A stretch of DNA of 64,000 nt from Lacrimispora sp. GTDB taxonomy: Bacteria > Bacillota > Clostridia > Lachnospirales > Lachnospiraceae. Under the pieces are notes generated by a model, which saw nothing but the letters and a program-made list of their open reading frames with translations, searched no databases and had not been told where the DNA came from. Of the stretch, positions 36,911 to 46,886 are shown in pieces. Numbering within the stretch: the first letter of the stretch is position 1; each line of letters opens with the position of its first letter. The position numbers were made by a program, and so were the translations under genes. Where the stretch lies: contig NZ_JBKVXF010000003.1 of the NCBI RefSeq assembly GCF_046972725.1, positions 281,735 to 345,734 of the forward strand, in the 5' to 3' direction.

Positions 36911-38329
36911 ATGATAAAGGATAATCAGAAAAAATTTAACGGGTTTCATGTAGTGCTGGACGGATTGGTCATTATTCTTTCCTATGTCATTGCCTGGCTG
37001 TTTCTTTTGCTCGGCAACCAGTTGTTCAGCCCCAATAAGGGGGTTCTGCCGCCACAGTACTATTTTGCGGCGCTTCTTGTACTATTGCCGGCCTACCTGC
37101 TGCTTTACGGCTTCTTCCATCTGTATGCGCCGAAAAGGGTTCAGGCAAGGCGGTATGAGTTCGCCAATATTTTAAAAGCCAATTTACTGGGAGTACTGCT
37201 CTTTACCCTGTTTTTATTTTTAGTCAAGAAGAACCCTTATTTCCGTGAGTTTTCCACCCGGATGGTATTTTATTTCTTTGCCGTCAACGTTATCATGGAA
37301 ACGGCGGAACGGAATTTGATCCGCAGCATACTGCGGTCCATGCGCTCGAAGGGTTATAACCAGAAGCACATTCTTTTGATCGGCTACAGCCGTGCGGCAG
37401 AAGGCTTTATTGACCGGGTGCTTTTAAATCCCGAATGGGGGTATCAGATCAAAGGCATTCTGGATAATAAAAAAGAGTGGGGAAGCGGATACAAGGGGGT
37501 GAATGTCATCGGAAAAATCCGGGATCTGGACGAGATTCTGGCTTTAAACTCCTTAGATGAGATTGCCATCACCCTGAGTATCGACGAGTATGCCAATTTA
37601 GAGAAAATCGTGGCCTCCTGTGAAAAATCAGGAGTTCATACCAAATTTATTCCGGATTATAATAACATGATTCCTACAAGACCTTATATCGAGGACTTGC
37701 AGGGACTTCCGGTGGTCAATATCCGCCGGGTGCCCCTCACTGACCCTGTAAATGCAATGGTAAAAAGGGCAGTGGACATCGTAGGAGCAACGGTAGCACT
37801 GATTCTGTTTTCTCCTGTTATGTTGCTGACCGTAGTGCTCATAAAGCTGACAGCTCCGGGTCCGCTTATTTACAAGCAGGACCGTGTAGGCCTTCACAAC
37901 AGGCCCTTTCAAATGTATAAGTTCCGTTCCATGGTGGTCCAGCCGCCATCAGAAGAAAAGAATAAATGGACGACCCCTCATGACTCCAGGGTAACGCCGG
38001 TGGGACGGTTTATCCGAAAGACAAGCATTGATGAGATGCCGCAGTTTTTCAATGTCCTTCGGGGCGATATGAGTCTGGTCGGCCCAAGGCCGGAACGGCC
38101 TCTGTTTGTTGAAAAATTCAAAGAAGAGATTCCCCGCTATATGATCAAACATCAGGTGCGCCCGGGAATTACAGGCTGGGCACAGGTCAATGGTTTAAGG
38201 GGAGACACTTCCATTACAAAACGGATCGAACACGATTTGTATTATATTGAAAACTGGACCCTGGGATATGATTTTAAAATTCTGTTTTTGACAATATTCA
38301 AAGGGTTTGTTAATAAAAACGCGTACTGA
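36911..38329 (+). CDS. Polyprenyl-phosphate hexose-1-phosphate transferase (WbaP/CpsE/WcaJ-type priming enzyme)
   Basis: N-terminal TM bundle plus the C-terminal catalytic domain KRAVDIVGA...LIYKQDRVG...FQMYKFRSM...DEMPQFFNVLRGDMSLVGPRP. The alternative start is ATG 36893. Confidence 0.9.
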   Translation: MIKDNQKKFNGFHVVLDGLVIILSYVIAWLFLLLGNQLFSPNKGVLPPQYYFAALLVLLPAYLLLYGFFHLYAPKRVQARRYEFANILKANLLGVLLFTLFLFLVKKNPYFREFSTRMVFYFFAVNVIMETAERNLIRSILRSMRSKGYNQKHILLIGYSRAAEGFIDRVLLNPEWGYQIKGILDNKKEWGSGYKGVNVIGKIRDLDEILALNSLDEIAITLSIDEYANLEKIVASCEKSGVHTKFIPDYNNMIPTRPYIEDLQGLPVVNIRRVPLTDPVNAMVKRAVDIVGATVALILFSPVMLLTVVLIKLTAPGPLIYKQDRVGLHNRPFQMYKFRSMVVQPPSEEKNKWTTPHDSRVTPVGRFIRKTSIDEMPQFFNVLRGDMSLVGPRPERPLFVEKFKEEIPRYMIKHQVRPGITGWAQVNGLRGDTSITKRIEHDLYYIENWTLGYDFKILFLTIFKGFVNKNAY

Positions 38330-38365
38330 TATTGGATACGAGACGATTAGGATGAGGATAAATAA

Positions 38366-40273
38366 ATGAAAAATGAATTTGATGATGAATTAGACCGTGA
38401 GAAAAGAAAAAGGGGAAGACACGGGGATAATTCAAAACCAGATCCGTCCGATGGAGATTACTACCTGGATGATGACTATGAAGAATTTGAAGAGGAAAAA
38501 ACCGGCGGTGCAAAAACACCACCCCACAGGGCAGAATCCTCCACAGGGAACCGTGCTGCAGGTCAGGGGATACCCCGCCCTGGCAAGGCATCTGGAAATC
38601 AACAAAACAGAAGCCGGTCAGCAGCGGGAAGGCAGATTGTGATCGGAGACGGCGGCACCAGACAGCAGTCAAGAATTCCGGCCAGGGAGAAACCATCGGC
38701 GTCCAGCCGCGGTGCTTCCCATAACGGCAGAAAAAGAAAAATCAAACGGGTCATTCTTCTGGCAATTGCCGAATTATTTACTCTGGCACTTATTTTTTCC
38801 TATGCATATGTTGCAAGAATTATGGGAGCCATCCAGCGCCCGGATAACTTTGATGAAAAGCAGGTCCGGAATGAAGAGATGTCTGCCGAGCAGAAAAAGC
38901 ATATGACCGGATACCGGACCATTGCCGTTTTCGGCGTGGATAGCCGCGACGGGAATGTAAATAAAGGAACCAATGCCGATGTTATTATGATATGTAACAT
39001 TAACAGGGACAACGGAGAGATCCGGCTTGTATCCATATTCCGTGATACATATCTTAATACCAATGATGGGAATACTTATAACAAAATCAATTCCGCCTAT
39101 GCAGTCGGCGGACCTTCCCAGGCACTGGCGGCTTTGAATAAAAATTTGGATTTGGATATTTCTGAATATGTAACCTTTAACTGGAAATCTGTTGCCGATG
39201 GCATCAATATGCTGGGTGGCGTGGATGTAAATATTACAAAGGCAGAATTTCGTTATATTAACGGCTTTATTACCGAGACAGTGAAAAAAACGGGAGTACC
39301 TTCTGTCCATTTAAAGTCAGCAGGGTATAATCATCTTGACGGTGTTCAGGCAGTGGCTTATGCAAGGCTGCGAAAGATGGATACGGATTTTCAGAGAACG
39401 GAACGTCAGCGTCTTATAATCAAGGAGTCGTTTGAAAAGGCAAAAAAATCAGATTTAGGTCTTCTCAACCGCATTCTGTTAATGGAAGTGGAACAGGTGG
39501 GAACCAACCTGACATTTAGTGATTTCACAGAACTTCTTATGGATATCACCAAGTATCATATTGGAGAAACGAAAGGCTTTCCATTTACACTTGGAACATT
39601 AAAGATGGGAAAGAAGGGAGACTGTGTAATTCCGCAGACTCTTGTTACTAATGTTTCAGAACTTCATAATTTCCTTTTTGGTAAGGAAAATTATCAACCT
39701 TCCGATATGGTGAAAAAGATAAGTGCCAAAATAGCTGCAGATTCCGGTATGTACAAAGAAGGTATCGATGCAGACGATAAATCAAGTACAACGAAAGGCA
39801 GCACAAAGAAGAAAACGGAGGAAACGAAAGAAACCAGAGATGTAAAAACCTCTGAAGCGGAAGAATCCTCCACTCAGGAAAGCTCTGAACCGGAGACCGA
39901 TGCCAACGGGAAGCCAATTAAGAACGGTCCGGGAGTCAGCAATGGCGAAACAAAGGAAACCAGACCGACCGAATCCTCGCCCTATGAAACCAGACCGGGA
40001 GAGACCCGGCCGGCTCATTCCGGAGGGAACACAGAAACAACCTCCGGTTCTCATGGACCTGGTAAAAACGAGACAACCACTGCCCACGAGACAACGGCTG
40101 CCCATGAGACAACCACTGCCCACGAGACCACGGCTCCTCATGAGACAAGGGCAGCAGAGACAACAACAGGCAATTCCGCCGGTCCTGGTGAAATAACTTC
40201 CCCACAGCCGGGGAATGGAACTGCCGGAGGGAACACAGAGGCACCCATAGTACCTGCTCCGCCTGCAAGTTAA
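38366..40273 (+). CDS. LytR-CpsA-Psr (LCP) family glycopolymer-peptidoglycan ligase with long disordered N- and C-terminal tails
   Basis: One TM segment (VILLAIAELFTLALIFSYAYV). The LCP core is IAVFGVDSR...NADVIMICNIN...VSIFRDTY...KINSAY...VAYARLRK. Confidence 0.85.
   Translation: MKNEFDDELDREKRKRGRHGDNSKPDPSDGDYYLDDDYEEFEEEKTGGAKTPPHRAESSTGNRAAGQGIPRPGKASGNQQNRSRSAAGRQIVIGDGGTRQQSRIPAREKPSASSRGASHNGRKRKIKRVILLAIAELFTLALIFSYAYVARIMGAIQRPDNFDEKQVRNEEMSAEQKKHMTGYRTIAVFGVDSRDGNVNKGTNADVIMICNINRDNGEIRLVSIFRDTYLNTNDGNTYNKINSAYAVGGPSQALAALNKNLDLDISEYVTFNWKSVADGINMLGGVDVNITKAEFRYINGFITETVKKTGVPSVHLKSAGYNHLDGVQAVAYARLRKMDTDFQRTERQRLIIKESFEKAKKSDLGLLNRILLMEVEQVGTNLTFSDFTELLMDITKYHIGETKGFPFTLGTLKMGKKGDCVIPQTLVTNVSELHNFLFGKENYQPSDMVKKISAKIAADSGMYKEGIDADDKSSTTKGSTKKKTEETKETRDVKTSEAEESSTQESSEPETDANGKPIKNGPGVSNGETKETRPTESSPYETRPGETRPAHSGGNTETTSGSHGPGKNETTTAHETTAAHETTTAHETTAPHETRAAETTTGNSAGPGEITSPQPGNGTAGGNTEAPIVPAPPAS
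40070..40141 (+). repeat. Four tandem 18-nt repeats encoding (E-T-T-x-A-H)4 in the LCP tail
   Basis: GAGACAACCACTGCCCAC / GAGACAACGGCTGCCCAT / GAGACAACCACTGCCCAC / GAGACCACGGCTCCTCAT, read directly from the sequence. Confidence 0.85.
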
Positions 40274-40395
40274 AACAGTACCAGTCTGCTCCTTTTCACA
40301 TATTCAATATATTTTTATCACAAATTGGTCACAATTCATTGATAGACTGTGATTATCAAAAAAATAATGAGTATACAGGAAAGGAGATAGATATT

Positions 40396-41790
40396 ATGTT
40401 TGACGATAACAAAGATACAGGCAGCTTAAATCCTGAAGAGCATAAAGAGAATCCGGTTAATACAAATTTTGTAATGAGGGATCCGGACCCTAAGCCGGCG
40501 CAACAGAACATTCCCCATTATCAGGAATATCAATTCCGCAAGTCAGCAGGGCCGTCCGCTTATGAAGAAGTGCCTCCGCGCAAGAAAGGAGGCTTTGTAA
40601 AGAAAGCAGCAGCTCTTGTCAGCGGAGCCCTTGTATTTGGCGTCATAGCCGGAAGTACTATGGTCGGTATCAACTATGCCGCAGGTGCCTATGGAAATAA
40701 AAATTCCGTTGAGATCAACAAAGCAGAAACCGTTTCTACTACGGCCCCAGCCCCTGCCTCCAACACCTCAGCCATCAGCGGTGTCAATGATGTGTCCGGT
40801 ATTGTAGACAAAGCCATGCCTTCGGTGGTCGCAATTACCAGCAAGGTAGTCTATGAAAGCCAGACCTGGTTCGGCCCCATGCAGAGAGAGGGAGAGGGAA
40901 GCGGCTCCGGTATTATCGTAGGAAAGAATGACAGTGAACTTTTGATTGTAACCAACAATCACGTGGTTGAAGGAGCAGAGGCATTAAAGGTCACTTTTAT
41001 TGACCAGGTTGCTGTTGATGCAGCCATCAAAGGAACCGATGCAGACACCGATCTTGCAGTGATAGCAGTTCCTTTAAAAGACATTGCTTCTGATACCCTT
41101 TCAAAGATTGCAATTGCTTCTCTTGGGAATTCGGATACCCTAAAGGTTGGCCAGGGAGTTGTTGCAATCGGTAATGCTCTTGGCTACGGCCAGTCGGTGA
41201 CTGTCGGATATATCAGTGCCCTTGACCGTTCGGTTCAGACAGAGGACGGGACCAATCAGGACCTTCTCCAGACCGATGCGGCAATCAACCCCGGCAACAG
41301 CGGCGGTGCCCTCTTAAATATGCAGGGAGAGGTAATTGGTATTAATTCTGCAAAATACTCTTCTACTGATGTGGAAGGAATGGGCTATGCAATTCCTATT
41401 TCAAAGGCACAGGCCATTATTGATACCCTGATGACCAGAACCACAAGGACTCAGGTAGCCGATGGAGAACAGGGATATCTTGGAATCCAGTGCAAGAACA
41501 TTGATGCCGCCACCAGCCAGCAGCTCGGTATGCCGCAGGGCGTATTCATCTATAAGATCGTGGAAGGCGGCGCAGCCAGCAAGTCTGACTTAAGAGAAAA
41601 GGATATTATCACAAAGTTTGACGGACAGAGTATTAAGACCTATGACGATCTGACAAATATGCTGAAATATTATAAAGGCGGAACCACAGTGGCTCTTACG
41701 GTTCAGTCTCTGGAAAATGGCCAGTATGTAGAAAGAAATGTAAATATTACACTTGGCAACCGGCCTGCAGAGCCTCAGCCTCAAAATTAA
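40396..41790 (+). CDS. htrA: HtrA/DegP-family serine protease with PDZ domain, membrane anchored
   Basis: The catalytic triad contexts are TNNHVV, DTDLAVI and GNSGGALLN. The PDZ region is LGIQCKNID...KIVEGGAASKSDLREKDIITKFDG. ATG 40396 follows AAAGGAGA. Confidence 0.9.
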   Translation: MFDDNKDTGSLNPEEHKENPVNTNFVMRDPDPKPAQQNIPHYQEYQFRKSAGPSAYEEVPPRKKGGFVKKAAALVSGALVFGVIAGSTMVGINYAAGAYGNKNSVEINKAETVSTTAPAPASNTSAISGVNDVSGIVDKAMPSVVAITSKVVYESQTWFGPMQREGEGSGSGIIVGKNDSELLIVTNNHVVEGAEALKVTFIDQVAVDAAIKGTDADTDLAVIAVPLKDIASDTLSKIAIASLGNSDTLKVGQGVVAIGNALGYGQSVTVGYISALDRSVQTEDGTNQDLLQTDAAINPGNSGGALLNMQGEVIGINSAKYSSTDVEGMGYAIPISKAQAIIDTLMTRTTRTQVADGEQGYLGIQCKNIDAATSQQLGMPQGVFIYKIVEGGAASKSDLREKDIITKFDGQSIKTYDDLTNMLKYYKGGTTVALTVQSLENGQYVERNVNITLGNRPAEPQPQN

Positions 41791-41796
41791 TAAAAA

Positions 41797-41845
41797 GAAG
41801 ACTTCCTGTGTCAAAGGTGTTTGGCATGGGAAGTCTTTCATTCAT
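41797..41845 (+). terminator. Probable terminator after htrA
   Basis: GAAGACTTCC and GGAAGTCTTT pair around a 22-nt loop and are followed by a T-rich tract. Confidence 0.45.
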
Positions 41846-41873
41846 TAAAAAAGTCTAAATTCCCTGCCGGCAC

Positions 41874-41902
41874 TTGTAGGAGCGTTTTAAATGCTTTATA
41901 AT
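41874..41902 (+). promoter_or_regulatory. Candidate sigma-A promoter of clpX
   Basis: TTGTAG, a 17-nt spacer, and TATAAT. Confidence 0.45.
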
Positions 41903-41947
41903 ATTCTTGTATGAAGTATATAACTACAGACAGAAGGAGAATATAGA

Positions 41948-43390
41948 TTGGACGATAAAGATTTACTGGAGGAGAAGATGGAAGATAGTACAGTCCAGGG
42001 CTCTGATGGAGAAGATAAGAAGAAGGAAGAGGATGAATACGAAAAAGTCTGCTATGTATGCCGGAGGCCGGAACGCGTAACAGGCCCCATGGTTTCCATG
42101 CCAGGCTCCATGAATCTGTGTCATGATTGTATGCAGAAGGCTTTTGATTCAGTTACTCAGGGCGGATTTGATATAAGCAAGATTCCCAATATGCCATATA
42201 TGAATTTTAATTTCAGTGATCTTGGAAAGTTAAACAACCAGGACCTTGATATCCCCAAAAAGCAGAAAATCAAAAAGAGGCCGGAAAAGGAACCAAAGCC
42301 GGAGATGAATTTAAAGGATATCCCTGCGCCTCATATCATCCGCCAGAAGCTTGATGAGTATGTCATCGGACAGGAACAGGCCAAGAAGGTCATATCTGTA
42401 GCGGTTTATAATCATTATAAGAGAGTTTATCTGGTGAACGGGAACCAGAAGGATGAAGAGGGGAATGTACAGATTGAAAAATCCAACATTCTGATGATTG
42501 GCCCTACAGGAAGCGGAAAGACTTATCTGGTAAAAACTCTGGCAAAGCTTCTTGATGTTCCCCTGGCTATCGCTGATGCCACCTCATTGACAGAAGCCGG
42601 ATATATCGGTGATGATATAGAAAGCGTTGTATCCAAGCTGTTATCAGCGGCGGACAATGATGTGGACAAGGCAGAACGGGGGATTATTTTTATTGATGAA
42701 ATCGATAAGATTGCAAAGAAAAAAAGTACAAGCAGCAGGGATGTCAGCGGAGAATCTGTGCAGCAGGAGCTGTTAAAGCTGCTGGAAGGAAGCACCGTGG
42801 AGGTTCCCGTAGGCTCCAATCAGAAAAATGCACTTACTCCAATGACCTCTGTGCGGACAGAGAATATACTCTTTATCTGCGGCGGAGCGTTCCCGGACCT
42901 GGAAGACATTATCAAAGAACGTTTGAAAGAAAAATCCTCCATTGGTTTTTCCGCAGAATTAAAAGATCGGTATGAGAAGGATGCGAATATTCTGTCCCGT
43001 GTGACCAATGAAGATTTAAGGAAATTTGGCATGATTCCGGAGTTTCTAGGCCGTCTTCCCATAACGGTCACCTTGGAATCCCTGAACAGGGATTTACTGA
43101 TCCGTGTGCTGAAAGAACCGAAGAATGCTATTTTAAAGCAGTATAAAAAACTTCTGGAGCTTGATGAGGTAGAGCTTGTATTTGAAGACGATGCCTTAGA
43201 GTGGATCGCAGAGGAAGCGCTTCAGAAGAAGACCGGTGCCAGAGCATTACGCGCCATAATCGAAAATTTCATGCTGGATATCATGTATGAGATTCCCAAA
43301 GATCCAAATATTGGCTCCGTTGTCATTACCCGGGCTTATCTGGAAAAAAAGGGAGGCCCTCTTATCCAGATGAGAGGGTTGAATGCTTAA
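41948..43390 (+). CDS. clpX: ATP-dependent Clp protease ATP-binding subunit ClpX (long N-terminal/linker variant)
   Basis: Zinc-binding domain CYVCRR...CHDCMQ, Walker A GPTGSGKT and Walker B IIFIDEIDK are present. The ClpP-docking IGF is present (SSIGFSA), as is the sensor ALRAIIE. TTG 41948 lies 8 nt after AAGGAG. Confidence 0.9.
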   Translation: MDDKDLLEEKMEDSTVQGSDGEDKKKEEDEYEKVCYVCRRPERVTGPMVSMPGSMNLCHDCMQKAFDSVTQGGFDISKIPNMPYMNFNFSDLGKLNNQDLDIPKKQKIKKRPEKEPKPEMNLKDIPAPHIIRQKLDEYVIGQEQAKKVISVAVYNHYKRVYLVNGNQKDEEGNVQIEKSNILMIGPTGSGKTYLVKTLAKLLDVPLAIADATSLTEAGYIGDDIESVVSKLLSAADNDVDKAERGIIFIDEIDKIAKKKSTSSRDVSGESVQQELLKLLEGSTVEVPVGSNQKNALTPMTSVRTENILFICGGAFPDLEDIIKERLKEKSSIGFSAELKDRYEKDANILSRVTNEDLRKFGMIPEFLGRLPITVTLESLNRDLLIRVLKEPKNAILKQYKKLLELDEVELVFEDDALEWIAEEALQKKTGARALRAIIENFMLDIMYEIPKDPNIGSVVITRAYLEKKGGPLIQMRGLNA

Positions 43391-43468
43391 GCCTAGATAA
43401 GGAATTACTGGACGAAGCATAAAAAGTACAGTAAGATGGAGATAATAAGTTCGGAAGGAGTGTACGCC

Positions 43469-43936
43469 ATGATATTTATCGGTCTCATCGTATGTTTGGC
43501 AGCCGTGGACCTTTTTATAAAAAGTTCCATCGAAGAACAGGAAGCCAGTGATTTCCCCAAAGAAATGAAGGGAACCAACGGCAAGGTCCTGTTATACAAG
43601 AATCATAACCCGGGTTTTTCGTTCGGTTATCTGAAAGACCATCCGGAACTGGTCCAGATCATTCCGCTGACCGTGTCTTCCTTTATCGGTGGAATGCTGG
43701 CAGGGCTTCTCCAGAGAAAAGGAAGACTGGCAGAAAAGCTTGCATTATCCATAGCACTTGGAGGTGCCATAAGCAATTTATACGACAGACTTTTCCGTCA
43801 TTATGTGGTTGACTATTTCAGCCTCCAATTTGGAAAGCTCAAAAAGGTTGTATTCAATCTGGGTGATATATTCATCTTCCTGGGAGCTGTGATCCTGTTG
43901 ATTGTAGAACTTATAAGAACATTTCGTGAACGTTGA
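43469..43936 (+). CDS. lspA: Lipoprotein signal peptidase (signal peptidase II)
   Basis: NPGFSFG, VVDYFS and FNLGDIFI motifs and four TM segments. ATG 43469 follows GGAAGGAG. Confidence 0.8.
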   Translation: MIFIGLIVCLAAVDLFIKSSIEEQEASDFPKEMKGTNGKVLLYKNHNPGFSFGYLKDHPELVQIIPLTVSSFIGGMLAGLLQRKGRLAEKLALSIALGGAISNLYDRLFRHYVVDYFSLQFGKLKKVVFNLGDIFIFLGAVILLIVELIRTFRER

Positions 43937-43943
43937 TATGAGA

Positions 43944-43975
43944 AGCGGCTGTTTTCCCGGACAGCTGCTTTTTTT
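43944..43975 (+). terminator. Rho-independent terminator after lspA
   Basis: AGCGGCTGT-tttcccgg-ACAGCTGCT followed by TTTTTT. Confidence 0.7.
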
Positions 43976-44071
43976 GCATTCCTTTTCCAAATTGACATAC
44001 TTTTATTGCCGTGATAGTATAAGGTTAGCAAAGGCTAACTTGTATTCGTCACCACAAAAAGGAGCAGCCAG

Positions 44072-45019
44072 ATGAATGTTATAGACAAGGATTTAGGATT
44101 GCGGATCATTTATGAAAGTTCCCATCAGATCATATATACTATGAATAAGGAAAATTCCAGCAGCCGGATGATTTTATATCATTTATATCCTGGAATAGAT
44201 ATTATACTCAGTGATTTTAAGGAACGGTATGTCTGGTCCGGAGAGTGGAAGCTGAAGGGAAGGGTCTATCAGATTTCTTACAATTGCAGCGGAGTCTATC
44301 AGGCGCAGCTTAAAAAAAATGAGATCTGCTATGCATCTCCGGGAAACGTGGTCATTTTAAACAGCTGCAAGAAAAGTCTGGATTCAAGAATGACAACAGA
44401 CGGTCTGCAGGGATTTAGCATTCTCTTATTTCCCGAATATTTTGACCAGACCTTAATGGAATGGTGGTCCCGGGAATTTGATTTTGATATGAACGGTTTC
44501 CTCGGCATACTGCCCCGGTCAGAGCAGTCGAAGGTATTTGCCTGCGGAGAAGGAATCCTGGGGGTAGCAGAAGAGTTTTATAAGCATCTATACAATCATG
44601 AACTGGGGCTTCTTAAATTGAAGCTGCTGGAATTTTTCCATAAGATCATACAGGAAGACATTCGGATTGAGAATGAGCAGCGGGTCTTTTCCAGTGAACA
44701 GATGGAAAAGACAAGAAGAATCAAGGATTTGATTGTAATGGATCTGTCAAAGCATTATACGGTGCTGGAGCTTTGCAGGAACTTTGGAATATCCTCCACC
44801 ATTTTTAAACAGTGCTTTAAACAGATGTTTCAGTATCCGCCCTATGAGTTTTTGAGAATCACCAGAATGAATCAGGCAGGAGAATACCTGAAGCATTCAG
44901 ATAAGAGCATATTGGAAATCGGAAGAATATTAGGCTATGAAAATCCCAGTAATTTTACAAGGACCTTTAAAGAGATCTACGGGGTTCTTCCCAGCCAGTA
45001 CAGAAGCAGCAGTGATTAA
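44072..45019 (+). CDS. AraC family transcriptional regulator
   Basis: The C-terminal double HTH is LCRNFGISSTIFKQCFKQMF...ILEIGRILGYENPSNFTRTFKEIYGVLPSQYR. The N-terminal domain is a cupin-like sensor. Confidence 0.85.
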   Translation: MNVIDKDLGLRIIYESSHQIIYTMNKENSSSRMILYHLYPGIDIILSDFKERYVWSGEWKLKGRVYQISYNCSGVYQAQLKKNEICYASPGNVVILNSCKKSLDSRMTTDGLQGFSILLFPEYFDQTLMEWWSREFDFDMNGFLGILPRSEQSKVFACGEGILGVAEEFYKHLYNHELGLLKLKLLEFFHKIIQEDIRIENEQRVFSSEQMEKTRRIKDLIVMDLSKHYTVLELCRNFGISSTIFKQCFKQMFQYPPYEFLRITRMNQAGEYLKHSDKSILEIGRILGYENPSNFTRTFKEIYGVLPSQYRSSSD

Positions 45020-45079
45020 AAGATGTCTAAAGTGAGTATTTGTGTCCATATCAGGTAGAAATGAAACAGGAAGTACCTT

Positions 45080-45120
45080 AAAATTGGATTGGTTAGATAA
45101 AACTAACCAATCCAATTTTT
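45080..45120 (+). terminator. Perfect 17-bp inverted repeat with T-run, terminator after the AraC gene
   Basis: AAAATTGGATTGGTTAG-ataaaa-CTAACCAATCCAATTTT followed by T. Confidence 0.65.
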
Positions 45121-45146
45121 ATGGAACAAAGAAGGGAGAAAGTATT

Positions 45147-46886
45147 ATGCTGCGAAAGCTCTTTTATTATGGAAAAGAAAATAATAAGAAAACCGTATGC
45201 TCAGTTTTTATTCTGCTTGCAGCCATTTTCATGGGAGTAATTCCGTTTCTGTTTGCCTATCAGATCCTGCTGCCGGCAATCCGGGGAGAACAGATAAATG
45301 GAACCAGTCTCCTGCTGCAGACCCTTGGAGTGCTTTTAAGTCTGACTCTGCAGGGAGTATTGTATGGAAAAGGTCTGGCGTTATCTCATGAAGCAGCCTA
45401 CGGAACTTTGATGAACCTGCGGATATCCTTGCAGGAAAAGTTAGAAAAGCAGCCTCTTGGTGTGATACAGGCAAAAGGTGTTGGCGTCATGAAAAAGATG
45501 TTTGTCGACGATATTGACAGCCTGGAACTGCTTCTCGCCCACGGACTGCCGGAAGGCATATCAAATGTCATGGGCGTTTTGGTCATTTACCTTGTCATGT
45601 TTCTTGCCGACTGGAAGCTGGCTCTGCTGACGCTGGGCTCTCTGCCCCTTGGAATCCTGTCCATGATGGCTATGTACGCCATTGGAAAAAAGAGAATGGA
45701 TGACTATTACCGTTCCGCACAGATCATGAATAACACCATTATTGAATACATCAACGGAATGGAGGTAGTAAAGGTATTTAATAAAAGCGGGGAATCCTAT
45801 GAAAAATACAAAACAGCAGTAATGAACTACCGGGATTTCACCCTGAGATGGTTCCGTGCCTGCTGGCCCTTTATGGCAGGGTATGGAGTACTGATTCCAA
45901 GCACCCTTTTACTGACGCTCCCCATTGGCTCTTATTTTGTCCTTAAGGGGTACTCCAGCCTGGCAGCGTTTATTCTGATCCTGTGCCTTTCCCTCAGCAT
46001 AGGAATCCCTCTATTGAGAACCATGTCGCTTCTGTCTCTGGCCCCGCAGATCCAGTATAAGATCGTAGCTCTGGAGAATCTTTTGGAACATGAAGAGTTA
46101 AAGGCAGGAAAAGAAAGCTTTCAAGGGACCGATTATAGTGTGAGCTTTACAAATGTCACCTTTGGATACGGTGATACAGAAGTAATCCACAATGTGAATC
46201 TGACGATGAAAGAAAATACCATGACGGCTCTTGTAGGGGAGTCAGGATCAGGCAAAAGTACTCTGGCGAAACTGCTCATCCATTATTATGACGTCAATCA
46301 AGGGACGATTCGTATCGGAGGACAGGACATCTGCCAAATGAGCTTAGAAGCCCTGAATAATCTGATTTCCTATGTCTCTCAGGACAACTTTTTATTTAAT
46401 ATCAGTCTGATGGAGAACATCCGCATAGGAAATCCCGATGCCACCGATGAAGAAGTAAAAGAAGCGGCAAGGCAGGCCCAATGCCTGGATTTCATAAATG
46501 CTTTGCCGGAAGGGTTTCATACCATGGCCGGGGACTGCGGTAATCAGCTGTCCGGCGGAGAAAAGCAGAGAATCACCCTGGCAAGAGCCATTTTAAAAGA
46601 TGCCCCTATTGTGGTGTTAGATGAAGCCACCGCATTTTCCGATCCGGAAAATGAAGAAAAGATGGAAGCAGTCATATCAAGGCTTGTGGAACATAAGACC
46701 CTTCTGGTGATTGCACACCGTCTTTCATCGGTGATTCATGCCAGTCAGATATGTGTCATGGAAAAAGGAAGAGTAGCCGCGGCGGGAACCCACCAGGAGC
46801 TGTTACATCACAGCAAAACATACCAGACCTTATGGAACGCCAATCAAAAGAGCGCAGACTGGAAACTTGGAAGGGAGGAAGCATAA
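45147..46886 (+). CDS. ABC exporter, fused permease/ATPase (type I exporter half-transporter 1)
   Basis: Six-TM domain, then Walker A GESGSGKST, signature LSGGEKQR and Walker B VVLDEATAFSD. ATG 45147 follows AAGGGAG. Confidence 0.9.
   Translation: MLRKLFYYGKENNKKTVCSVFILLAAIFMGVIPFLFAYQILLPAIRGEQINGTSLLLQTLGVLLSLTLQGVLYGKGLALSHEAAYGTLMNLRISLQEKLEKQPLGVIQAKGVGVMKKMFVDDIDSLELLLAHGLPEGISNVMGVLVIYLVMFLADWKLALLTLGSLPLGILSMMAMYAIGKKRMDDYYRSAQIMNNTIIEYINGMEVVKVFNKSGESYEKYKTAVMNYRDFTLRWFRACWPFMAGYGVLIPSTLLLTLPIGSYFVLKGYSSLAAFILILCLSLSIGIPLLRTMSLLSLAPQIQYKIVALENLLEHEELKAGKESFQGTDYSVSFTNVTFGYGDTEVIHNVNLTMKENTMTALVGESGSGKSTLAKLLIHYYDVNQGTIRIGGQDICQMSLEALNNLISYVSQDNFLFNISLMENIRIGNPDATDEEVKEAARQAQCLDFINALPEGFHTMAGDCGNQLSGGEKQRITLARAILKDAPIVVLDEATAFSDPENEEKMEAVISRLVEHKTLLVIAHRLSSVIHASQICVMEKGRVAAAGTHQELLHHSKTYQTLWNANQKSADWKLGREEA

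Noticed and set aside
38310-40268. ORFs antisense to or overlapping the LCP gene (38310-38696, 38774-39310, 39782-40141, 39936-40268)
   Set aside because: They are shadow frames in a repeat-rich, Thr/Glu/Pro-biased region. The LCP frame is continuous and motif-bearing.
45080-45120. 17-bp perfect inverted repeat, considered as an AraC operator
   Set aside because: It is followed by a T-run and lies directly after the AraC stop codon. A rho-independent terminator is the simpler reading, although a dual role is not excluded.
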